Positions 53,801-64,000 of a stretch of 64,000 bases of DNA are shown piece after piece. The position numbers and the translations under genes were made by a program. The notes below the pieces were generated by a model. That model did no database searches and had not been told where the DNA came from. It was given only the letters and a program-made list of their open reading frames with translations. This DNA comes from Eledone cirrhosa (taxonomy: Eukaryota), in assembly GCA_964016885.1 (NCBI GenBank), contig OZ024742.1, forward strand, positions 182,776,001 through 182,840,000, written 5' to 3'. Position 1 is the first letter of the stretch. The number at the start of each line of letters is the position of its first letter.

Positions 53801-55126
53801 TGATCTGAATAGGCAACCATGAACATTTGTGGACAGCTTAACATGTCCCTATCACTAACTCTAACTAGAAATCTATCTAGGTACGATCTAGATGTTCCGC
53901 TGTGGCTGATCCCGGTCCACAGTGGCACAGTTGGAAAATCTAGTCGATATCTATCGGCCAGTTGAAATCGGCCGATTAACTGTTTGAGGCTATTACCCCC
54001 CCCCCCTCCTCTATCGGGACATGCTCCCACATAGTCCCAACGTGCATCTAGGATTCCATTCCAGTCCCCCACTAATAGCAGGGAGCGGGACGTTCCCAGA
54101 AAAGTCTCTAGGCGTTTGAAGAAGTCTGGCTGCGTTGTCCCGGATGGGACATATGCGGCCACCAACCTGAAGGCTCCACCTTCACTACCGTCAACGTCTA
54201 GGACCACCAGTCGACCCTTTGGGTCCAGATGTACCGTCTGTGTTACGAGGTCCAGGTGCCGCAGCAAAACGGCAACCCCGACCCCACCTCCCGGCTGACA
54301 GAGAGATGCGTAGATCTCAAAGTCGTCGAAGATGGGGGCCAGTTGTCGCTCGCTGTGGATCCTGGACTCGCAAATGGCTACTACATCCATACTGTGCGAC
54401 CTGAGGTCGTTTAAGAGTTTGCCCTGTTTCCAGGGCATCCCCAGGCCGCGTACATTCACACATCCAACTCTTATATTGGCCATGTTGGTGCTGAAAAGTT
54501 AAAAGAAGAGGAAAAGAAATCACTCACCTCTTCGTCTCCTGGGGACCAGGCTGCACAATGTCCATGGGGGGTGTTGAAGGTGTTGATTGGTGAGGTGGTG
54601 ATTTCTGGCGGGGTGGGTACGGAGATGTTTGGCGGGGAGGGGGTGTCTGGTGGGATGGGGGTGTCTGGGGTGGGGGTGGGGAAACATTTTAACAGGACTC
54701 GATTGTAGGGTTTGACGCAGGGGTTACCTAAGTCGTTAGGAAATTTTTCTTTTAACTGTTTATGTGTGTCCATGGAGATCCTAATCATTTTAAGATTAGG
54801 ATTCTCCGAAGAGTATGTAAAAGGCAGCTACTCTTCGCAAATCTGGGGGAGAGTTTATGGAGAATGATCCGTTCTCCCCTAAAGTTACGTACTGTCTGGC
54901 GTTATTCAAAAGCACATTTGCATTTGAAATATCTACCGGAGTGTATCTTACCGTTTTCTTTACGGTTTGCGCAAACGATATTTTGTCTTTTACTCCCGTG
55001 TTGCAGTTATTGGTCTTGTTGTTGTTGGTATTGTTCTTGTTGTTGGTGTTGTTTTCGTTCAAAGCATTGTTGTTGTTGTTGTTGCTGGTGCCGCTGGTTG
55101 TGTTGTTTTTGTTCATTGTTTCACAC
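50871..55126 (-). mobile_element. Tx1-clade LINE copy D (close to A; 5'-truncated, ORF1 internally deleted near 54795)
   Basis: ORF2 54483-51103 starts MANIRVGCVNVRGLGMPWKQG as in A; ISFAQTVKK segment joined directly to the ORF1 C-terminus. Confidence 0.92.

Positions 55127-55214
<88 letters not shown>
55127..55214. repeat. (GATA)n microsatellite; other tracts at about 33427-33452, 39248-39329, 45005-45024 and 50805-50870
   Basis: Direct reading. Confidence 0.95.
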
Positions 55215-55215
<1 letters not shown>

Positions 55216-55560
55216 GCAGGCAGGCAGATAATTATGACTGATTCTAATGTCGAGGATGACCTAGAAAGTTTCCAGTTGTTCGATCAACTAAACATATTAC
55301 TCAATGAATTTGCACGCACTTTTAATGTGATTCTCAAGTGGACTCAATTAAACATAGTGTGACATGACTACAACTTTGAATCATATATACAATACATTTG
55401 ATGAGCCTCCATAGTTTCTGTCTACCCAATTTGACATACAGGCTCTGGATCGACATCTGGGTATGATAAATGACCCACTGAATAGCACTCGGTCATGTCT
55501 ATGCATAATTATCTATATATACATATACATATTTATATATATACATATGTACACGCACAC

Positions 55561-55627
<67 letters not shown>

Positions 55628-55632
<5 letters not shown>

Positions 55633-56245
55633 TGGGGAGAAGAATACTGCATGGTTGCACATGGATTACATGTTATAAAATGAGTCCCTCATCAGTGATT
55701 TGCCAACGATCATTGGTATTTCATCGCATTAAAAATCATATACCTCACGTTGGTGCGACAATAACTAAAATAAGTTATTGGGACAATTGAAACGCGTAAA
55801 GCGAGTGAGACAAGTAAACAACACAGGGGAAAGCTAACCGAAGATGGAAAGAAACACAAGCAACATGGTTATTCTGTCAGAGTAAGCTGGGTGAATACAT
55901 GAGCGAGTAAGATACAGACCTTTCGCTAGTGAATCCGATGTGAGAAAGAAGGAAAATCGGGTTCGTAGCGAACGGGAGGAAGTAAGAAGGGGAGAAACAG
56001 AGAGTGAGTGAGTGGAAATGCGAGGAAGAGGTCAGTAGAGAGAAAGTGTTAACTGACATGACAGAGGGGACGAAAGAAAGTAAGAGAAACAGAGAGAACG
56101 AGGGAGCAGTAAGAGAGAAAGAGAGAAACATAGAATCGCAGTTTAGGTAAATATATGAAAAATATGGGGAGAAGAATACTGCATGGTTGCACATGGATTA
56201 CATGTTATAAAATGAGTCCCTCATCAGTGATTTGCCAACGATCAT
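55628..56245. repeat. 532-nt unit with 86-bp identical terminal direct repeats (pLTR/retrozyme-like architecture)
   Basis: 55628-55713 equals 56160-56245; the repeat contains CTGATGA on the minus strand. Confidence 0.7.
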
Positions 56246-57540
56246 AAGAAGTTGTATGTGTGTTTATGTGCTTGACATGTTTAAAACTTATTAAAAACCG
56301 GCGTTGTGCGGAAAGGTGTCCCTTAGCGACTGCACTGGTGTCGATATGATCGACTTGAACCATTGAAGTCGGTGCCACAGCATAGTTACAGTGCAATAAG
56401 TTAAACTAATAACAGAATAACAGAAACTGTGCAATATAGCACCAATATAAATTGAATGTCACGTTATTTGAATAAAGTATTGTGTAACTGATGTAATTCT
56501 GTGTCGCTCTAAATTGTGTCGAAAAAGTGAGAGTCCGTTCAAGTTTTTCCGAGCGTATGCAAGTTGAATATCAAGTAGAATGCAAGTTAGGTATTAGACA
56601 GGCTAGACATACAGATACTTCTTCAATTCTATGAATCTTGGGGAGATGATTAAGAAATGGAAATAGATTAATTCTAGGATTATGTGTAAATTCACATGTG
56701 TATTTGCCTGGAATTTATTTTTAAAGAGGGGCAAATGATGAGTGATAATATGTTCAATTGAAACGATAATTCATGAAGCATCTATAATATTCACATATTT
56801 GCTTCCTTTCACTTTTATAAATATTTCTGTATATCCTATAAATCTACCATGAAAATGGGTCTTTAATCTATAAGATCCAGGCTTCTGCTGCTGAGTAGCA
56901 TTCGCCTTACACAACTCATATACAGGCGCTTTCACACACTTTAATCATACTAATTGACAGAGAACGATAGAAATACCACCCATTTTTCATTGATGCTCTT
57001 TACATATGAGTCTCTTCTTTTCCCAACTGCTTCTTCACTAAAGGTTGGTGTAACCATTGTAATCCTTCTGAAATTGCCTTTTATTTCTTGATCCTTCCGT
57101 ATTCATTCCGTATGACTATTTAATCTATCTATCTAAACCTTTGTATATCTCTATTTAATAAAACTGCGGAGATCCGATACGTGATGATATTTACTTGATA
57201 AAGCTCATAGATGAAGTAGGTTAACATTATTTTTACTGAATGTCCCCCTCTCACTCCCATGTAACCGCGCCTATTATAAACAGCTCTATGGAAACGGACG
57301 AATAACTACAATTATCAATAATAAAAGAAATCTTCTCCCCACCTCTCATCTACTTGATTAGATGTATTTCTCAACGTACAAAAGATCCGTCTTGTGAAAG
57401 GTAGTCATAAACCAAGTTAATAATCTACACAATATTCTCGACTCCGGCCTCAAGACTTGTTCCGTAAACTTCCTTTATTCGCTATTCCAATCAGCTTTCC
57501 ATTATGCTTTTATAGATACACGTACATGTAGATTAGAATA

Positions 57541-57720
57541 TTGAAACTCATCACTTCCAACCTCTTCAGCTGGCATCTTTTATCTTCATTATCCTCTGTC
57601 ATGGAAACCATAATCAACAGACAACTCCTTCTTCGTTTAAAATCCTGTTCATCGCTAAGCAACCATTACTATCGTGTCTGCAGGAATAGATATCCTACTG
57701 ACGTCTTATTCGATATTTCC
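57541..57720 (+). pseudogene. Highly decayed LINE RT fragment
   Basis: LLSSLSSVMETIINRQLL...LSNHYYRVCRNR resembles the ISLLS.LSKVME.IIN..L....LS..QYGFR RT motif. Confidence 0.5.
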
Positions 57721-58064
57721 CCCGCCCCTGTCTACCAGCATCACCACCATACAACAGTCTTTCTTCTTACTTCAGTTCAATTCAATGTGAAACAACAACA
57801 TATTCCTCTTCCAATAGTCATGTTACTAGTTCAAGTATAGAATCTTCTCTTTGTCTCTCCACCTGTCTAATTATAGCAACAAACCAATAGGCAACTATAC
57901 TACAGCTGTCTACATATAGCTGTATAAATTTTTAATATATTTTATTCACTTTATGATATTGTTAATAGTTAACATAATAAGTATGTCACATAACCTCCAT
58001 CGCCTTCAGTATTAGAACAACTATAATCTAATAATTCCAAATGTGAAGACCCACCCCAAACGTC

Positions 58065-58403
58065 TGTTCAAATCCCGCCTATGTCAACTTTGCTTGGGAT
58101 CCTTCCGGGGTCGGTAAAATAAGGTATAACTAAAATACTAGGGTAGATGCAATTGACTTTCCCGTCTTTAGAAAATACCAGCCTTGTGCCTAAATTAGCA
58201 GTCATTATTTAAGAACGTGGATTGGCAGTATCGGTAGAGCGTCAGACACCATACTTTGTAGCATAGAGTTATGAGTTTACGTTCTGAGTTAAAATCCCGC
58301 CGAGGTTAACTTTGCCTTTCATCCTTACGGGGTCGATAAAATAAAGCATCAGTAACGCACGGGGCTAATTGCTGACCTTGTGCCAAAAGTAGAAACAATT
58401 ATT
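58065..58403 (+). mobile_element. Two tandem Meta-like SINE copies (about 58065-58210 and 58217-58403)
   Basis: Same core as 4540; second copy flanked by attattt(a/c)agaacg on both sides. Confidence 0.8.
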
Positions 58404-58439
58404 TCAGAACGTATTCTTCTTTGCTACATGATTATTTAC

Positions 58440-58892
58440 AACCAGCTGAAATGTGCCAACAGGAGTAAATTGTCCTCAGCAGAAACAGACAAAAGCACAG
58501 TTAATATATTACGAGCTAAGGCGCCGCAACTATTCTATTATTGCCCCTTTCCAATCCAATCTAGGGCCTTCTCATTGCTATTGGAGGAACCCCTCCTTGG
58601 TTGGCCTCCATCGCTTTCTGTTTGTATTGGTCATGCCAAGGGTGTAGCCGTACTCAATTGCAGATTGGTGAGGCTATTTAACCCATAGATGTGGTAGATG
58701 GGCGTTGAAAGTGAGGAATTCATCCGCTCTGTTAACAGCTATTGTTTTCTTTGTGTGCTGGGGTTCCACTTAACGTTCTCATCAGACAAGGGGTATATTG
58801 CAAGAGCCTGCTTAGTTGCCGATGACTCTACAATGAAGCAGGATGTACTTGGTTATATGTTACCACTAGCAGATAGTAGCCAGGCCTGACAT
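58440..58892 (-). mobile_element. RTE-like 5' fragment
   Basis: 58813-58892 is homologous to the 5' end of the short RTE-like elements. Confidence 0.5.
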
Positions 58893-58949
58893 AATCCCTT
58901 TAGCCCTTTATAAATATATCCTCCCGACTAATCTTGCATGTGTGTGTGT

Positions 58950-58990
<41 letters not shown>

Positions 58991-59106
58991 CGTTCGTGTG
59001 TGTGTGTGTGTGCGCGCCTGTGTGTGTAGATCCCGAGTTAAATCGGGGGTAACCACAGTTAATAAGATGCTCAATAATTGAGTGTGAATATCATGGTTTA
59101 ATATAG

Positions 59107-59222
59107 AAATGGCTTCTACACGACGAGGACTGTTTCATTCGTATGAAATCATCAGGAATGCTCCGGAGAATTTCTGATAATTTCTGACGAATAAAACAGT
59201 TCTAGTCCCGTAGAAGCCATTT
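59107..59222. repeat. Decayed palindrome with a hammerhead-like motif in each arm
   Basis: Minus 59112-59161: GCATTC-CTGATGA-tTTC(atac)GAAt-GAAA-CA..TG-TA-GAAGC; the plus arm has CTGATAA and AAAA mutations. Confidence 0.6.
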
Positions 59223-59373
59223 ATATATATACTGTATATATATATATATAGTGGTAGAACACTGGAAGATAATATCCGTAGGACGAGTTAGCTAGAAGTG
59301 GTTACACGACAGTTAGTTCACCATACCAAGAACAATTGTTTCACCTTAGCGGATCCTCAGCTCGTAATGGTCC

Positions 59374-59405
<32 letters not shown>

Positions 59406-59552
59406 ATGAATACACACATACATTCATATGTATACGTGTGTGTATGTATGTGTGTATGTATGTAACATACACGAATACATGCATACATAGGTACGTAGGT
59501 ACACACATACGTATACACATGTATACATACATACATACATACATACATACAC

Positions 59553-60010
59553 ATATGATGATGATAGCTTCCCCCTCTTATCGAGTATGGCCATTGCATG
59601 ATATAACATTATTAATAATTATCAATAAATGATATCGTGCAATGCCTGTGCGTGAAGATTATTTTTAAAGTGAGGAAAGACTGTGCACTGAGCCAATCCC
59701 ACTCTCTGAGCGACAGTAGCTATAACCCGAAAAGAAGAAAAGATCAACATCATCAGTAACTACTGAGCCGCTGGTTTTATGTCGGAGTCATCCCAGTTTC
59801 CTGAGTTGCCTTCTCCTAGAAGAATGCCCTGACAAAGGCTAGGGGTCCTTCACTTCCAGCGGTTTAACCGCGCGATCGGGTATCCAGTCAGATTATTTCT
59901 ATGTCCCCGCGCATATACGTACACATGCATACAAGTATATACATATATATATATATATACATATATACACGTGCATACATGTATACATGCATACATATAT
60001 ACATACATAC

Positions 60011-60041
<31 letters not shown>

Positions 60042-62270
60042 CATACATACATACATACATACATACATACATACATACATACATACATACATACATACAT
60101 TATGGCTGCAAACTCTGCTAAGAGTAGTGCAATTGCTTGGAGTTTGGTGCACCTTTAGGCTACGGCCAGTCACACAAACCTGTAACTTATTCTGAACAAG
60201 CAATGCCTGTGCTTTGAATGTCTTTTTAAGTGGGGAAAGGCCTTGCACTCGACCAATCCCACTCTCTGAGCAACGAAAACACTACCCGAAAAGGAGAACT
60301 GGTCAACATCATCGGATGCCTCCGAAGCTGCAGGTTTTTTTTCCAGAGTTTCCCTCTCCTAGAAAGGTGTTGTGACAACAACAGGGGGCCTTTCACTGCC
60401 AGGTGAAAAAAAAGTACTATTTGGATTTCCGTTGACTCTGCTGAGTTCCTCTGCCCTTTGCCGGGTCTTGAATTTCATCCTGCAGGGTATCCAAATATCA
60501 CCCTACTCACCAAGCAAGCTTTGTGGGGTTGCCGGTTTAGTCGCCGACGACCCGACCTTGAGACAGGTTGTACTGGGTTACATGTTACCAGTAGCACTCG
60601 AGAGCGACCTGACATAAATAAATAAATAGATGCATACATACATACATACATACATTCATACATACATACACACATACATGGTGGCTGCCAACTCGTTTTC
60701 GAGTATGGCCACTACTTTATATCCATGTAGGAGAACCCCTACCGATGCGCTGAACGAGTGTGACTTTTTAGTCCAGCCAGCAACTTGTAAACTCTGGTAC
60801 AAACACTACACTTTCGACAATTATTGACACATAGTTCTGGGCCCATGGTACCATGTAACAACAAGAGCAAAGAGATCTCCAGATATAAAGCAATGCCTGT
60901 GCCGTGAAGCTTTTATAGTGAGCAAAGGCACTGCACAAAGCCAGTCCCACTCTCTTAACCAAGATGATATTTACCAAAAAGAAGAACAAGTCAACATCAT
61001 TGGATACCATCAGGGTTGCAGGTGTTATATCAGAGTTTTCCTTCTCCTAGAATTCTGCCCTGACAAAGGCTAAGGGGTCATCTCTCCCGGTGATTTTGGA
61101 TGGCCATTGGCTCTTAAGAGCTCCTTTGACAGGTTTTGTTTTTAGTCCTGCAGGATGTCCAAAGTCACCCTCCTCACCAAGAAACCTTGGTGGGGTTGTC
61201 AGTTTAGTCGCCAACGACCCGACCATGAGACAGGTTGTACTGGGATACATGTTACCAGTAGCACACATACATACATACATACATACATACATACATACAT
61301 ACATACATACATACATACATACATACATACATACATACATACATACATACATAATGATTGCATCTCGCTTTCGAGAATTGCTATCATTTGATCTTTTTCT
61401 CACACATAGGTGGCACAAACGCAAATTTTGTGCCTTGCCTAGAACATGCATTCCTTTCTGCACATGCTGAAACGAAAAAAAAGGTATCTCTTTTTGTCTA
61501 CAGACAGCCATGCTCCCGAAACACACATGAAAGACGTTTAGATTAAGCAATGCTTGTGCTTGAAGCTTTTCTATGTGAAGAAAGGTCTTGCACGGGACCA
61601 ATCCCACTCTCGGTGACAAGTATCCAAAAAGAACAGGTCATCATCATTGGCAGCCATCGGGTCACAGTTTTACATCACAGTTTTCCATGCTCTAACAAAG
61701 ACCAGGTGTCATTCACTCCCGGGGGGATAACCTCATGCTCAGGCACCAAGCCAAGTATTTCTTTGTCCCCGCGTATACATACATGCTGATTGTTACTTCT
61801 TGTCAGAAGAGTGCCATCCCTTCATTGCACATTGCACGATCATGTGTACGCAGGTGACTTTCCAGGCCCACTTTTGTTTTGAAGATGTGACACTTGAACT
61901 GTCCGTCTCTTGGAAATACTGAATGGGGTGCGTCTTCATGCATTCTACCACCTCAATGTCCTCATGAATTTGTTGGAATATTCAAAAGCTCCATCAAAAT
62001 ATGAAAGCAAAAATTAACTTCAACGGGACACCTTCATAACAAATTTCAATGAAAAACGGTGTTTGTGCTAAATATTAGTATAAAGAAGACAAGACACATG
62101 TACCCTCCACCAGTTGGGAAATGTAAGTGGAGACGGATATTTTCGTGTGAGGAAAATGACTTGAGGTAGCGGACAGATTTGTTCATCTCGGAAGTAAACT
62201 TATTAAAGATGCTACCTTCGATGCTGAAATAGATCAGAGGAGTGCGAAAGCGAGTCTTGCAGCATGGAGT
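59553..62270 (-). mobile_element. Head-to-tail cluster of short RTE-like elements and RTE 3' fragments in (TACA)n
   Basis: Units at about 59553-59900, 60100-60613, 60680-61263, 61350-61740 and 61775-62270, each ending in (ATGT)n; the last encodes FKCHI..KTKVGLESHLRTH, an RTE-type C-terminal Zn finger. Confidence 0.7.
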
Positions 62271-62274
62271 TACG

Positions 62275-62402
62275 GGCCTTTATGATCTGCGTTCAAATCC
62301 CGCCGAGGTTAACTTTGCCTTTCATCCTTACGGGGTCGATAAAATAAAGTACTAGTAATGCACTGGGAAAATTGCTGGCCTTGTACCAAAAGTAGAAACA
62401 AG
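62275..62402 (+). mobile_element. Meta-like SINE, 5'-truncated
   Basis: gttcaaatcccgccgaggttaactttgcctttcatccttacggggtcgataaaataaag. Confidence 0.8.
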
Positions 62403-63790
62403 TATTATTGTATATGCATATATACAATGATGGTAGCAGGCGAGCTTCCGTCTGTTTAGCTTGGTAAATAGCACTGTCCGTATATTTATTAATTTTTGCA
62501 TTTTTGCTCGCTAGATTCTTCGTTCCATGTCGATTGTATGATCCAGTTCAACATTTTTGTTAAGATAATTATTTCAATCGATCTACATATACTTTTGGTC
62601 CTTATTTCCGCAATATCTAGAGAGTAGACGATGCAATATATCCAAGCGGGATTTAAAATGGGAGCATAAAAGGACATAACTAAATACTTTCCATAATGTT
62701 GTGTGATCTGCCATATACAAAAACAAAATATTCGAGAGTATACACGTGGTGATTTAGATAAGTTTTGCAAATATATATTTTTTGAAGATGGTGCTTCAGC
62801 GTGGCCGAAAGTCAACAATTGAAATTAGTAAAGCAATGTGTGCTTAAATTAGGACAGAAGGTACTAGACTATGTATACTTCTGAGTGGGTTTACTGTGAC
62901 AGTCTTTTTTCGAAAGACGATTACGATGACAACGACGATGAAGATGGGGATGATGATGATGATGATGATGATCATGATGATGATCATGATGATGATAATA
63001 ATAAGAATATTATTAATAATGACAAAAACATATTTTATGTGATACAAAGAATAGAAACGAATAAAATAGACAAGTTTGCTTTTGGTAATTTTGATAGACG
63101 TAAAAAAAAATTAAATAGACTTGGAATATATTTATATATTTTTTCTTTGATTTTTTTTTCCTCTTTTGTTTGATGTTCAAAGGATAAATTTTGATTTTAT
63201 TGATTTTATTTCAGTTAAATTTACTTTAGTTATTTTTTTCTAATTTCATTAGTTTTATTTTCATTAATGTTATTTTATTTTGGCTTTAATTTTATTTTAT
63301 CACATCTCAACATTCAACGACAAATTGTTATTTCCCATCCTACTAAAATTGCTTCTCATATATTATATTTTTTTAACATAGTCCAATCATGGTTCACTGT
63401 GATTTACACTCTATTCCAATATTCGATTTATAATCTTTTATGTATTTTGTTCATGCCTTTCTGTTCTGTTTTTATAGTAATTATTTCAGTTTTGTTCCAA
63501 TTTTCCATTTTGTTGATGTCGCCATTTCTTGATGTACTTTTAATGTCTGCTCACATGAAAAGTGTTGATGATTGCCTTACATAACGTTATTAATTCTATA
63601 GCTTCTATGGATTATTTATTTTAAAACGAGTAAAAATATACTCTTTATATCCAATTATTCCCACAATTAGGTGTCAAAAAATAGATTACTGAAGCAGAAA
63701 TAAATGACTAGACTCTATGAAGTAGTTATGTTTTAAATATATACGATATGTTTATACATAAACACATCGTATATATAATATAATATGGTA

Positions 63791-63881
<91 letters not shown>

Positions 63882-63882
<1 letters not shown>

Positions 63883-64000
63883 TGACGGCGCATGGCTTAG
63901 TGGTTAGAGCATTGTGAGTTCGATTCCCGGATCGGGTGGTATGTTGTGTCCTTGAGCTAGACACATTATTTAACGTTGCCCATTTCACTCGGCTCTTTAG
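63882..64000 (+). mobile_element. tRNA-derived SINE head, cut by the window end
   Basis: tggcttagtggttagag A-box, gagttcgattccc B-box, gtgtccttgag. Confidence 0.75.

Noticed and set aside
60525-60613. HDV-like ribozyme in the RTE-like 5' end
   Set aside because: Such ribozymes are known for RTE 5' UTRs, but I could not fit a full nested double pseudoknot by eye; it needs a descriptor search.
62871-63173. Acidic poly-Asp ORF
   Set aside because: Produced by a (GAT)n microsatellite.

Overview
Eukaryotic, repeat-saturated window with no recognisable host gene. The (AT)n/(TACA)n/(GATA)n tracts and tRNA-derived SINE families resemble an Octopus/coleoid cephalopod genome (inference). Content: (i) four head-to-tail Tx1-clade LINEs from at least three subfamilies (33.4-55.1 kb), each separated by a (GATA)n tract, plus a fifth 3' stub also in (GATA)n, which suggests a GATA-microsatellite-specific family; these elements share short intron-like and splice-donor signals. 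(ii) Three degraded Penelope-like elements (PLEs) plus many pseudo-LTR (pLTR) fragments and palindromes, carrying about 15 type-I hammerhead ribozyme motifs folded by eye. These include a five-copy variant with a covaried U3-A8 core and a non-coding 542-nt retrozyme-like unit. (iii) A helicase-less Helitron and non-autonomous Helitrons. (iv) CR1/L2-group and RTE LINE pieces and SINEs. Most long I/Y/C/V-rich ORFs in the track are microsatellite artefacts. Coordinates were counted by eye and may be off by a few bases; no ribozyme activity or database novelty could be tested.
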